From: Mobula hypostoma
Taxonomy: Eukaryota
Reading direction: 5' to 3'
NCBI RefSeq assembly: GCF_963921235.1
Contig: NC_086108.1
Span: forward strand, 26,164,001-26,228,000
DNA length: 64,000 nucleotides
This document shows positions 38,265 through 52,042 of the stretch, piece after piece. The position numbers and the translations under genes were made by a program. The notes under the pieces are model-generated. The model was not told the DNA's origin and searched no databases. It saw only the letters and a list, made by a program, of their open reading frames with translations. Every line of letters starts with the position of its first letter. The stretch's first letter is position 1.

Positions 38265-38693
38265 GTGGACTCACTTTACATCGCACGCTGTTGGAGCAGT
38301 GCTGACAGGAAAATCAAGGACACGACCCACCCAGCCAACATACTTTTCATCCCTCTTCGCTCCGGGAGAAGCTTCAGGAGCTTGAAGACTCATACGGTCA
38401 GATTTGGGAACGGCTTCTTTCCAACTGTGATAAGTCTGCTGAACGGATCCTAACCCAGACCTGGGCCGTACCCTCCAAATATCCAGACCTGCCTCTCGGT
38501 TTTTTGGCCCTTCCCATTTTTCTATTTTCTATTTATGATTTATAATTTAAATGTTTAATATTTACTAATTTTAACTATTTTTAATATTTAATATTTGTAA
38601 TCCGGGGAGTGTGAAGCGCAGAATCAAATATCACTGTGATGATTGTACGTTCTAGTACCAATTGTTTGGCGACAATAAAGTATAACGTATAAA
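38265..38693 (+). mobile_element. 3' end of another Rex1-like family inserted in the host Rex1
   Basis: DTTHPANILFIPLRSGRSFRSL..GFFPTVISLLN; tail gacaataaagtataacgtataaagt. Confidence 0.75.
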
Positions 38694-40444
38694 GTGAGAC
38701 CACAGTCTGTCAAGATCAGAAATAACATCTCCTCCTCACTGACAATCAACACTGACGCACCTCAAGGATATGTCCTTAGCCCACTGCTCTGTTATCTCTA
38801 TTATCATAATTGTGCGGCTCAGCATAGCTTAAATGCCATCTATAAATTTGCCAACAACACAACTATTGTTGGCAGAATTTCAGATGGTGGTGAGGAGGTG
38901 TACAGGAGTGAGATAGATCAGCTGGTTGAGTGGGGTGTAGCAACAACCTTGCACTCAACATCCGTAAGACCAAGGAATTAAAGGAGTTGTTTGTGGACTT
39001 CAGGAAGGAGAAGTCGAGGGAACACAAACCTCAATGAGGGATCAGAAGTGGAAAGCATGAACAGTTTCAAGTTCCCGGGTGTCAACATCTCTGAGAATCT
39101 ACTCTGGGCCCAACATATTGATGCAATTACAAAGAAAACATGACATCAGCTATAATTCATTGGGAGTTTTGGGAGATTTTGTATGTCACCGAAGACGCTC
39201 TCAAATATCCACAGATGTACCGTGGAGAGCACTTTAATGGTTGCATCACCTTCTGCTATGCAGGAGCCACTGAACAGGATCAGAAAAAGCTGCAGGAAGT
39301 TGCCAACTCAGCCAGCTCCATCTACTAGCTTCTCCAGCATCAAGAACAAATTGAAAAGGCGATGCCTCGAAAAGGTGGCATCCATCATTAAGGACCGCCA
39401 TCACCCAAGACATCCTCTCTTCTCATTGTTACCATCAAGGAAGAGGTACATGTGCCTGAAGACACACACACATCAGGAAAACCTTCTTTCCCTATGCATC
39501 AGTTTTCTGAATGGACATTGAACCCATGAACACGACCTCAGTTTCATCTCCTCTCTTTTTGCATTACTTACTTAATTTAACTTATATATATACTTCATAT
39601 TGTAATGAATAGTTTTTTTTATTATTAAGTATTGCAATGTACTGCTGCCACAAAACACCAAATTTGACAACATATGCCAGTGATGTTAAACCTAATTCTG
39701 ATTCTGTTTGGTGGAGGAGGCTTGATGGGTCAAATGACTGACTCCTGCTCCTATTTTCTCTATTTCTCACAGAGAGTGAGAAAGAGAAGAGGGAGGAATG
39801 CTGTCCATCAGACACCACTTTGGCAGTTCTGGAGTTCTGAATTACGTGGGAGCTAAAGACTCACGTGCAATAGCCTTTGTACAGTGAGAATCATGATGCA
39901 TTGAACATGAGCAGCCTTCTTACAGCAGCCAAAAAATGTCATTAAACCATTCTCTGCCTGAATGGCTAATTAGCATTTCAAATTCTAATCATAAGGTTAA
40001 ATTGACCTCAAGGCAAATGGCTTACTGTGAAGTAAAATGTTGCTTCCAACCTTATACTTTAATCTTATTTGACCCGGCATTCGCATTACAGAGTTAAAAG
40101 AAACTGACTTTGAAAACTCATCCTGCCACAAGTGCATAAATTTATCACTAAATAATCTCAGAAAGCAAAACTAAAAATTGAAGTATTTCAAGCAGAAAAG
40201 AAAAATACCTTTGAAAGAAAGAATTTTCTGCGGCAAAATTGTATTGGTAGGATTTGAATGAAGTTATCACATTTAGAGTTAGAGCTCCCCCTTAACATAG
40301 AGTTTGTATGTCATAGTACCAATGGAGATGAAATATTCCTGTGGATTATGTTTTCAAGAAGACGTTGAGAATGTCCTTGAATATGTTCCTCTTTCACTTG
40401 GTGATTTCTTCCTGTATCATCATCCGCACTGACTCTTGAGAATC

Positions 40445-42559
40445 CTTGGTCTGAACTGGAAGAAGGCCAAATTTGAAGAAATGAGAAAGGATCTAAAAAG
40501 CGTGGATTGGGACAGGTTGTTCTCTGGCAAAGATGTGATTGGTAGGTGGGAAGCCTTCAAAGGGGAAATTTTGAGAGTGCAGAGTTTGTATGTTCCTGTC
40601 AGGATTAAAGGCAAATTGAATAGGAATAAGGAACCTTGGTTCTCAAGGGATATTGCAACTCTGATAAAGAAGAAGAAGGAGTTGTATGAAATGTATAGGA
40701 AACAGGGGGTAAATCAGGTGCTTGAGGAGTATAAGAAGTGCAAGAAAATACTTAAGAAAGAAATCAGGAGGGCTAAAAGAAGACATGAGGTTGCCTTGGT
40801 AGTCAAAGTGAAGGATAATCCAAAGAGCTTTTACAAGTATATTAAGAGCAAAAGGATTGTAAGGGATAAAATTGGTCCTCTTGAAGTTCAGAGTGGTCGG
40901 CTATGTGCGGAACCAAAGGAAATGGGGGAGATCTTAAATAGGCTTTTTGCGTCTGTATTTACTAAGGAAGCTGGCATGAAATCTATGGAATTGAGGGAAT
41001 CAAGTAGTGAGACCATGGAAACTGTACAGATTGAAAAGGAGGAGGTGCTTGCTGTCTTGAGGAAAATTAAAGTGGATAAATCCCCGGGACCTGACAGAGT
41101 GTTCCCTCGGACCTTGAAGGAGACTAGTGTTGGAATTGCGGGGGCCCTGGCAGAAATATTTAAAATGTCGCTGTCTACGGGTGAAGTGCCGGAGGATTGG
41201 AGAGTGGCTCATGTTGTTCCGTTGTTTAAAAAAGGATCGAAAAGTAATCCGGGAAATTATAGGCCGGTGAGTTTAACGTCAGTAGTAGCTAAGTTATTGG
41301 AGGGAGTACTAAGAGACAGAATCTACAAGCATTTGGATAGACAGGGGCTTATTAGGGAGAGCCAACATGGCTTTGTGCGTGGTAGGTCATGTTTGACCAA
41401 TCTGTTGGAGTTTTTCGAGGAGGTTACCAGGAAAGTGGATGAAGGGAAGGCAGTGGATATTGTCTACATGGACTTCAGTAAGGCCTTTGACAAGGTCCTG
41501 CATGGGAGGTTAGTTAGGAAAATTGAGTCACTAGGTATAAATGGAGAGGTGGTAAATTGGATTAGACATTGGCTCGATGGAAGAAGCCAGAGAGTGGTGG
41601 TAGAGAATTACTTCTCTGAGCGGAGGCCTGTGACTAGTGGTGTGCCACAGGGATCAGTGCTGGGTCCATTGTTATTAGTCATCTATATCAATGATCTGGA
41701 TGATAATGTGGTAAATTGGATCAGCAAGTTTGCTGATGATACAAAGATTGAGGTGTAGTAGACAGTGAGGAAGGTTTTCAGAGCCTGCAGAGGGACTTGG
41801 ACCAGCTGGAAAAATGGGCTGAAAAATGGCAGATGGAGTTTAATACTGACAAGTATGAGGTATTGCACGGGATACAAAATTCCCTAAAAGTGTCGTCACA
41901 GGTAGATAGGGTCGTACAGAGAGCTTTTGGTACATTGGCCTTTATTAATCGAAGTATTGAGTATAAGAGCTGGAATGCTATGATGAGGTTGTATAAGGCA
42001 TTGGTGAGGCCGAATCTGGAGTATTGTGTTCAGTTTTGGTCACCAAATTACAAGCAGGATATAAATAAGGTTGAAAGAGTGCAGAGAAGGTTTACAAGGA
42101 TGTTGCCAGGACTTGAGAAACTCAGTTACAGGGAAAGGTTGAATAGGTTAGGACTTTATTCCCTGGAGCGTAGAAGAATGAGGGGAGATTTGACAGAGGT
42201 ATATAAAATTATGATGGGTATAGATAGAGTGAATGCAAGCAAGCTTTTTCCACTGAGGCAAGGGGAGAAAAAAACCAGAGGACATGGGTTAAGGGTGAGG
42301 GGGGAAAAGTTTAAAGGGAACATTAGAGGGGGCTTCTTCACACAGAGAGTGGTGGGAGTATGGAATGAGCTGCCAGACGAGGTGGTAAATGCGGGCTCTT
42401 TTTTAACATTTAAGAATAAATTGGACAGATACATGGATGGGAGGCATATGGAGGGATATGGTCCGTGTGCAGGTCAGTGGGACTAGGCAGAAAATGGTTC
42501 GGCACAGCCAAGAAGGGCCAAAGGGCCTGTTTCTGTGCTGTAGTTTCTATGGTTTCTAT
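40445..42559 (+). mobile_element. Young CR1 LINE ORF2 (RT), 5'-truncated, with a frameshift near 41750 and an internal deletion near 41870
   Basis: 440-aa ORF (KSPGPD, NYRPVSLTS, QHGFVRGRSCLTNL, YMDFSKAFDKV, GVPQGSVLGP, FADDTK), a 229-aa C-terminal ORF and a ttctatg tail. Confidence 0.95.
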
Positions 42560-43017
42560 TATAATTCAATGTGATGTCACAAACTGGTATCACTATATGC
42601 AAGTGTTTTTGTCATAATTAACTCCAACTGTGAAATATCATTTAAATTCTACCAATAATACATTTCTCCTGAAGACGGTTGCCTTCAAAGGTATGTTTTC
42701 TGACTCTTTGAGTTTGAAATGTTTCTTTTTCTAGTTTTTTCCATCATGAAAGCATGGGAATAGAGTGAGAGATAAGAGTTTCTGAGGGAATCTTAAGCTG
42801 GTATTTACACAGACAGTGGTTGTTATCAGAACGATGCTACCAAGAAAGAGGTGGAGTCAGATGCAATTACTACATTTAAGAAGCATTTGGACAGACAATT
42901 AAATAGACATTGAATGATGTGATCCAAATCATTTCTGAGTCCTCTTCCCCTTGCCCCACACCCTTCTCTATTCTCTCCCCTTCTTTCCCCTTCTTTCCCC
43001 TTCTTTCCTCCTATCTC

Positions 43018-43087
43018 CCCCTCTCCCTCTCTCCCTCCCTCCCTCTGTCTGTCTGTCTATCTGTCTCTCTCTCTCTGTCTCTCTCTC

Positions 43088-43149
<62 letters not shown>
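43018..43149. repeat. (CT)n / polypyrimidine microsatellite
   Basis: Directly visible. Confidence 0.95.
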
Positions 43150-46088
43150 AAAGCTGCTATGTAGTTTTAGCACAGGAACAGGAAGATGCAGCTGAGTTAC
43201 TAAATGGGTGCAAGTTTATAAACCTCCTGGTCCAGATCCAGATGCAATGCAAACTATGTTGCTGAGGTAAATGAGGGTTGAAATAGTTGATGATAACCTT
43301 CCAGATACCTGCCGATAATGGCATAGTGGGCGAGCGGCAGAGGATTGGAGAATTGCATAAATTCCAAATATTCTTGCTCATAACAGGCCATAAGGATAGA
43401 GTCAGTTATTGCAAACCAGTCACCTTAGACTCAGCAGAGGGCAGAGGTTTAGAAATAATGATTGGGGACTGAAATAGTAGCCAACAGAACAAATGTAGAT
43501 TGATTAGAGAAAGCTAGAGTGCAGTTAATGAAAGCAAATTGCATTGAAATATCTTGATGAAATTTATGATGTAGTAGTAGAGAGAGTCAATGAAGGGAAC
43601 AGTTGTTATTGTATATACTGTATGTACTTCTGGACATCACTCTTCTGAGTTCTAGGTTACTGACCTATCAGGCTAGATCTTCCTGGATGTGGAACGTAAT
43701 GTCAGAAGTAAGAGTGTAAGGGGATTTAGTTGCTGCATTCAGAAAGTTGCTGGATATGTATCTGATGGAAAGGAACCTATACTATCAAGAGGGGATGGGG
43801 CATAACGACAGGCTGGACAGTACCATACAGAACTAATATTGACCTCAAAGGCTGAGTGATTTCCTTTGCTATAAACATCCTTAATTCTGTGATCTTTGCT
43901 GTCCAATTCTGTTTCGTAATTTAAGTGGATAATGAGTAGAATGCTTATTCCACTATAAAAATTAGAAATTTATTTATTTCCCAGGGAGAGAAAATCAAAA
44001 AATGAGTAATTGTTCCAGCCAGAAATTACATTATTCATTAAAATAATTGTTATTCACTTATTCCATTTGGGATTTAATTATTCACAGAACTGTCATTATG
44101 TATTAATTTAACCAAGTCTGCAGAATAAAATTATTCAGGTTGTCAGTTATTAAGCTTGTTGTGCCAGTCAGTTCATTAATTGTTTGAATCAATCAATTAT
44201 TAAGTCAATTTATCCGCTAATACAGAGATTTCATTGCATTTTTTTGGGTGTGATCAATCTTAATATTAGGAGTATGAAAATAATTTCAATATTTACCAAT
44301 AAGCTGCTTATAAGCACAGTACCATATTTAGCTGGTTGTGATTGTAAATCAGACAACATGTACTAACCCATAGTTTCTTGTCTGCCATGTGGCCAACAGG
44401 TTTTTGTTCCCCCTTGGGAGCAATAGACTTTGGGAATGGGCCCTATGCCAAATGAGTGAGTAACCAAATAGTTATTAAAGAAGATTTTGATCAGCTCTTT
44501 CATGAAGGACTATGACAGATGTACTGTTGAGAGAATAGAAATGTACCAGTGAAATTCTCTGCATTAAAATTGTGGGTAAAATCACCAATTAACATAGTTT
44601 TAAGCTTCAAAGAGCAGAAAGTCCCAGGGTCAATGCTGCTCCCTTATTGATTTGTTCAATCCTCAGGTAAAAGCGGAACTGAGATGTCATAATTTATCTC
44701 TGGACCCTGGCACTATGTTCTGTGACCATATAAAAATGTGATTTTAATATGGCCCGGATTTGCACTGTTTTAATTTACTTTTTTATGTTTTGGGATTAAT
44801 GACGACAGCTAGCACCCTCCCCACTTCCGTCTGGAAAATACTCATTGTGCTTTTCCTTGTAATGATTCCAGGGTTGACTGATCCCAATTTCTTACTCGAC
44901 TCGTTTCATCCAAGTTGGACGTGAACATAAGAAAGTGTTGCCCTGTACGCAGCAGCTCCATCTCCATTAAAGCAAGAGATGACTTAATATGCAGATTAAC
45001 CTTGGTTTCTCTAACCCGACAAATGGCTCAGCCTAATTAAAAATGACCTGGGATCTGCAGACGTGCACAGACTTTGCATTCCAAGTTCCAGCAGTTTCAG
45101 GATTTTAATTTAAGCCATTGCTCCTTAATTTTTAAAGAGATTCAGTGAACACACTGAGGAAGATCGCAGCAGGAATAAGCCTCTCTCTTTTCCCTTATCA
45201 TTCATTATGATCATATCTGATCTAGGTCAACCTCTGCTCCATTTCTGCAGCAGTTCCCCTCAACCCTCAATTCATCAAGTTTTCAAATGTTATCTTTCTA
45301 CATCTTAAATTTATCCAACTTAGGTTGAACAATTATGTCAGGTCAAGCCTGACTTACAGACACCCACGTACATGAGGAGCATTTCTGAGACCAATGAAAT
45401 TGATGGTGTTTGATTTGCTGGCTCTTGCTGGGCTGCAGGAACCTTCTTCTTGGTGGGAATGGGGCTTTTCTGCATGCCTTCTCTCACCACTGCGCAAATC
45501 ACCTTTGCTCCTACCCCTTAAGCCACAACAATCAGGGGGAGGGGGTAGGGACGGGCTGAGTCAAGCTAAGCAGAGCTGTGAGCACTGAGCAGGTTCACCT
45601 GCTCGCTCACTGAGTTAGTGAGGTGGGCTACCAGGCCCTCATCCCACAACTGCTCTCTCTCTTGCCACAGCTGTTTCTGCAATCCTCTCCCACACACCAT
45701 TTGTGTTAGTTTCCAATTTAGAATCAACTTGGGTTACAAGCAGTTCTCAGGAATGGAATCCTGTTGCATCCTGGGAACTGGCCTGTATTTAGAGCTATTT
45801 CAAGCTGATCCAGCAGCCTGGTGAGATGTTATCTTGGCCAAAACTCAGCTCACCTTCTCTATGAGAGCAGAGCCTTAGAAACAAAGCAAGAGCAAGGGCT
45901 CAGTACAGTGCAACAGCATTTGCGATCTCATCACTTCAAGTCTGCCAAAGCCCTTCTCGTTGCATATCAGTCCACCAGTCCACATTGTCACTGCCCATGC
46001 TTAGATGGTGCTAACAGAAAGTGGAGCTACTCACGTCTTTCCTACTAAATCCTGCAGAGTCTTTTACTGGAAGTTATATCATGGAAGT

Positions 46089-46917
46089 TGTTACATACCT
46101 CATGGGTATCTTGTGAGCATGATGTAATGGCCTTGTGACGGTGGGGTGATGTAATTTTCCCACCAGTGTGAGGTCACGTGATGACATGTTCTCAACAGGT
46201 ATATAACGGGAAACCCCTGTTGTTACGCGGTTGATTCGTTGTTTAATTCATCAGTTACTCCGTTATGTTGCGTATTCTTCTTATGACGCAGTTTTGTTTT
46301 AAAGTGGAGTTTTACTTTCTATTGTGAGATAAAATCGTTGTGCCGGCATTTTCACCATTCGCTGCCAGTTTTGTTTGGGATATCTTTAATTTACCTTTAC
46401 AGTCTAGTATTGGAAAGTGAAGACCTTACTAAAGTACAGGAACCCGGAGGATTGAGTAAAGTTGGTCTCATTTGGCGGTTTCATAAAGGTTCGACCTGAT
46501 TGAATCTTCATTCAGAAATAATGATCTGCATCTGAGGTAGCCCCTGTAAGATCAGGAAGGTTTTTGCAGTGATCATTCACCAGGAGAAGGTCAGTTCCTT
46601 TAAGCTATTTTATTTCCTTCGTCATGAATCCTTTGGTGAATCAACAGTATCGTCACGTCTTCAAAGAAATCCGTTTCCAGAGAAATCTCTCCTTATTGAC
46701 TGTGTAAATCACTTGGACTTTCGAGTTTACCGTTTTAAGACTGTGTTCAAATTTACCACTTTAAGGACTGTTCCAGAGTTGCCATATAGCAGTTAACTTC
46801 TGGTTAAGTTAGTCGTTTGAATACTTTTTGCAATTGCTGAGCAGAGTTTAATAAATGTTTATGTTTGTTGATAAAACTTGACTCAATTCTATATTCATTG
46901 TTGCTGGTCACGTGACA
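46089..46917 (+). mobile_element. Solo LTR
   Basis: TGTTAC..GTGACA termini, flanks aagt/aagc, TATATAA near 46200, AATAAA near 46850. Confidence 0.75.
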
Positions 46918-46989
46918 AAGCAAACCCTTCAATCCAATGAATTGACCGCACATTACCCTCTTACACTTAACCTGCTTTATCAACCCCAC

Positions 46990-47232
46990 TCTCCTTCTTA
47001 TTAATGTCCCATATTCTACAGCTCAATTACACATTAAGGGCAATTTACAGCAACCAAATTAGTTACCAATCTGCATGTTCCGGGGTGTAGCAAGAATGCA
47101 GAGCGCCTGGGTGAAACCACCCTGGTGCCAGGGAGAACATGAAAAATCCACACAGACAATACCGCAGGTCAGGATTGAACCTGCAATCCTGGTGTTGGAT
47201 TGCAGTGGTTCCACTAGCTGAGCTACTGTGTC
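46990..47232 (-). mobile_element. V-SINE/HE1-like tRNA-derived SINE
   Basis: gggagaacatgaaaaatccacacagaca..ggattgaacc (B box on minus). Related + strand copies at about 48785-49080, 50415-50700 and 60245-60460. Confidence 0.65.
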
Positions 47233-47871
47233 AGCATCGGTTACTGCTCTAGTTCTGAATGGGAGAGTGAACTGTCACTTTTGGTGTTCAACGTAACTCG
47301 TGTTGCAAGTGTTGTGCCAATACCAGGTGTGATCTTAGATCACGACAGACCAGTTGAATAGCGAACAATGAGGTATTTTGATCTAAATCTAACCCCACTT
47401 TTGCTGAATCCAATTTCAGGTACAGACAAGCAAAGATATTTTTAATGGCAACTTGGGAGTATTTGGAAGAAGTTTCAGGGGAAATAAAGATGGATTAAGA
47501 GTTAGAAAGCAAACATTTGAAGATTATTTGGAAAAGAAACAGCTCTGTTAATTAAAATTAGTATTCTTTGTCATAGAAAATTGCATTAATTAATGTAAGT
47601 CTACATTAAATTGATAGATGGTTGGAAGTAAAATGAGAATTTTCCTGTTGTCATGAAAATATCGAGATGATTAAGGGAAATCTCAGCTTCATCAAGCTAA
47701 GCGAGACATAGTTAATTGCTTCCACTGAATTAAGATCTTCCACTGTATAAATTAGCTAATAACATCTTTTCATTAATCAAATCTCACAAACTGTGTGAAG
47801 AATATTGTGGATTTCCCTCTGCTTAATATGATTCTAATGAAATGAAAGATACCTGATTTTTCCACAATTTA

Positions 47872-48205
47872 ATCATCATCACCATCATTATGTGCCATAT
47901 CATATGACAAGGGCAATCATAATCTTTGACCATCATTGTTCTTGGCAAATTTTTCTACAGAAATGGTTTGCCATTGCCTTCTTCTGAGCAGTGTCTTTAC
48001 AAGATGGGTGATCCCAGCGATTATCCATACCCTTCAGAGATTGTCTGCCTGGCGTCAGTGGTCGCATAACCAGGATGTGATATGCGCCAGCTGCTCATAC
48101 AACCATCCCCCTCCTGTTCCTATGGCTACCTCTTGTCCAAGGGTGACCTGCAGGCTAGTGGAGAGAAGGAATGCCTTACACCTCCTTTGTAGAGACATAT
48201 CTCCA
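47872..48205 (-). mobile_element. RTE-tailed SINE
   Basis: Minus strand gaaggcaatggcaaaccat motif with a (tga)n tail; similar to 29380-29905. Confidence 0.65.
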
Positions 48206-48784
48206 TCCCGCAACACAACAATTTAATACTCTGTACAATTCTGTCTTTAAAGACAGAAATCACATGAGTACATGAACTAAACAGCTCAACCAACATCTCA
48301 TGGAAGGTAGGCAGTCACTGAATAAAATACAAGCTGAGCATTTCACTTTGAATCGGAACTACAGCTTCCTGTTTTTATAAGATTCTCTCTTTCCAAAAAC
48401 TTCAGTCAACTTCCTGACAGATTTGTACGTTGTCTCCTTTTTCCTTTCTGAGAAACTTCATGCTCACTTCATGCTTTTGATGGAACTTCAAACCTAAGTC
48501 TAGTTATCAAGGTTTAATTCTCCAGCAGGTCTGTGAGCTTCAGTTCTTATCATTCACCAGAACTAGGTGATACATATGCAGATACATATGTTTTTTAATA
48601 CTTGACTTACAACTGGCTCACATTTTTGTGAATACGTTTCAAAATAACTTAAGGAATTATTTTCCAAAAGTGTTTTCTCCCAGTTTCTTTACTCAGTTGT
48701 ATACCATTGAACCAGGAAGAGATGCTTTGGCCTCCAACATATGAGAGAAGAGGTGAGGGGAAGAGCACTCAGATCAAAGGAAGG

Positions 48785-49080
48785 GACAGTGTGCAGCCAA
48801 TAGAGCTACTGCCTCACAGTGCCAGAGACCTATTCTCTCCCTGACCGGGTTTCTCCCAGGTACTCCAGTTTCCTCCCACATCTAAAAGATGTGCAGGTTA
48901 ATCAGCGAATTGACCACTGTTAATTACTGCTAGTTATTGGATGAGTGACAGAACAAGGAGGAACTGAAGGGAATGAGAAGAGAATTTAATGGGGTCATTG
49001 CAGGTTTAGTGTAAATGGGTGCTTGATGGCATGGTGCAGCAATGGGTTTGTTTCCCAGCAGTGTTCCTCTGTGACTGAAT
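48785..49080 (+). mobile_element. V-SINE-like remnant
   Basis: gctactgcctcacag..gggtttctcccaggtactccagtttcctcccaca. Confidence 0.6.
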
Positions 49081-50414
49081 GGCTCCACAGCACATTGACC
49101 CCACTGTAGAATTAGGGAGAAAAGATATGTTGCCTGGTAGCTGCTCTGCAAATATGCCTATAGAGAGTGCTAGACATGTGCTCTGAAATGTTTTCAGAGA
49201 TCCTGTCCCTCCAGGATGTGGTGAATGACATTTCATTTGCTACAGTTTGAACTACTGCATGGTCCTCTGTGCCTCTGGCATCTTGTCTATGGACCTCTGT
49301 GCAGCTACCTCAGTGTAATTTCTATATGGTGCTGGCAACTTCGGTATGCAGGGTGTCTGCGTTGGGGAGTTGATAGTAGTCTATTGCCACAGAGTCAAAG
49401 GGTCATAGGGAGATAAGGCCGGAAATGGGCCCTTTGACCCGAGTCTGTACTGACCATCAATTACTCATTATTGGCTTGAAGGCCTTCCCACAACTGTTGA
49501 AGTAAATCTTTCTGCATTTCTTCACTTTCTACGGGAAGGCATCCAAAGCCAAGGACAAACTCAATGTTGAGTCGATTATCATATACACAACTGCATGTAT
49601 GCACAGGGTCAACAAGAAACTTACTTGCAGCAGCATCACTGATGAACAGTATCAAGTAAGCAGCAAGTAGCATTTGGAAGAAAAAATGTGTAAATTAAAC
49701 ATAGGTGATACATTATAATACAGAATCACGAAGATTATGTATGATTTGCTATTCAATGAAAGCCTCTGGAATGGCTTCCATCAATGGATGCAGGCAGCAA
49801 GCAACATGCCTTTGAGAGATGAAGGGATAACTTCAGTGAATGTCATTTGGCTTCACACACCACAGTGGGCTCCATGTATAAATGATAAGCCAATTGTCCC
49901 ACTAACAAGTATTGCATGTCAAGAAGTGCCAAAGCAGGCTGCAATTTAGCCAAGAGCACAAGAGGGCAAGCTATCACTTGAGAATAGTTCTGGGGAGGAA
50001 TCCATGTTCTTGTGTTCTCGGTATTATTTATTGATTCTACAACTCATGTTCTCAGTATTGTTTATGTATTTATTTATTCATTTATTTATTATTATTTGCT
50101 TTTTTGTATTTGCACAGTTTGCCTTCTTATGCACATTGTATGTTCATTTCTTTTTTTATGTAGCTTTTCATTAATTCTATTGTATCTCTTTGTTCTACAG
50201 TGAATGCTTGCAAGAAAATGAATCTCATACTATGTGGTGACATATATGTACTTTGTTAATAAATTTATTTTGAACTTTTGAACTTGGAACCCTCTGCGAG
50301 AATAGTTGCGCTAATTCAAAATGGATTTCAGAAAGGAATTGGATATGTTCATAAAGGAGAAAGTGTGCAGGATGATGGGCAAAGAGCAGGAAATAGTATT
50401 AATTAAACTTATCT

Positions 50415-50700
50415 GGTGCAGCCTGTAGCGTTCATGACCCAGGTTTAATCCTGACCTCTGCAGCTGTCTGTGGGAGAACATGAACATTGTTTTTATTTTC
50501 CCACCACAGAGTTCCTCCCACATATCAAAGGTGTGTAGGTTTACTGGTTAATTGGTGATTTGAACTACAGCCAGGTTAGTAAGAGGGAAGATTTGATGGG
50601 CACGTGAGAGAATGGGTTCAAGAAGTAAACAAATGGAATTGACGAGATTGACCTGAGAGCTGGCACGGGCTTAGTAGGCCAAATTTCCTTCTTCTATTCT
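50415..50700 (+). mobile_element. V-SINE-like remnant
   Basis: B-box-like ggtttaatcc, ttcctcccacatatcaaag core and a CR1-like tail. Confidence 0.5.
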
Positions 50701-52042
50701 GTAAGATAATGTGAGTTATGAAATCTTACCAAACCTGCCAAGGCCTGAAGTATCAATTATCATCCTCTGTGCCCTTCCAACTCTATCATTCTGTACATCA
50801 AACAATTACTAGTTAAGAAATGCCTTGATCCCAACCTGCATTTTCCAGCACTATCCAATCTCACTTCCATACTCTGTCCTATTCAGACCTTAGTTTTATT
50901 CCAATTATTGTGTTCATTGTCAATGCATCTCAGAATGATTGACCAGAAAGCTATGTATATAGTAATGTTGATGTTATTATCTGTGTGGGAAGCACTGTAA
51001 GTCAAAGGGACTGATGTACGCTTGATGTACATGGATTCAGTCATTACCTCCTATTCAGTTGTGCAACTTGAAGAAAAATTCTGCTCTGAAATAAAACCAC
51101 AATTAGCCCTATTTGCAACTTGCAAACAATTTAGCAAACAAGGTTCTTGACTGATTCAGTTATGCCTGTAACCAACCAGTAGGAGAACCTTCAAACATTT
51201 GCAAACTCAGTGCATGTTACTGGTGATGTTTTCATGATACATACTTTTTCACAGATTTGTAGGTTATCTGTGCACGGGAGCCATGCTAATTTTCTCTATA
51301 TTGTTCCAGTTTTCATAGTATGTTGCTAACGGGCTAGGATACAATACAAGTTTATCTTTGGACTCCAAGTAATGAAATTCAGCTTGGAGTTGGGGCAATA
51401 TATGTATGAAGAGCTCTGGAGAAGCTTCAGGGAATCATACACTGCTAAATCTAATTCACTTCTGCAGATGATATATTTTTGTGCCTTACGTAAGTATATT
51501 TCTTTTTGGGTTTGAAGGATTTCAATATTTATGGCTCTGAATGAAAGATGATCCATTGGTTTGAGAGGTAGAGGATGATTATTGTTCACAAGTTAGAAGA
51601 TAATGCACAAGAAATATAATAAACACCTTAATTGTTTTTTTTCAATGATGATTGGAGTATAATCAGATCTACTTATTGAATGATTTATTCTCAGTGCAGT
51701 TATTGGAGATGCAGCCTGCCTACAGAATCTTGGAAAGGATTAAAGCGCAAAAGACTGAATGATATTATACAATAATCAGAAAGAAGAATGAATATCTTCC
51801 ACTTAGCTACAATGTAGAATCCAGATTGAATCTAATTCAAGCATTTCTGCTGCATACATAATGACTGAGTCTAAAATAGATTCTTTTATGTACTGTGTCC
51901 TAAATCAAAACTATAAAGTGTTTACAGGAACAATAATGCATCGACTTGAAAGGATGATACAGGCCACATGAAAAACATTCCGTTCTAGATGCCATGTGTA
52001 CCTAATGGAATAAAATTAAACTAGTCAGACTTGCAGACTTTA

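Larger units (their letters stand above)
35660..39710 (+). mobile_element. Rex1 RT/3' region interrupted by three younger insertions
   Basis: HPVALIATVMKCTERL..QLQFAY (35660-35843), LDHLDKSNAYV (36436-36470), LLFIDY (from 38162), DAPQGYVLSPLL..KFANNTTIVG (from 38694), 3' tail to about 39710. Confidence 0.85.

Noticed and set aside
42910..43265. SL-repeat ORFs
   Set aside because: Translation of the (CT)n microsatellite.
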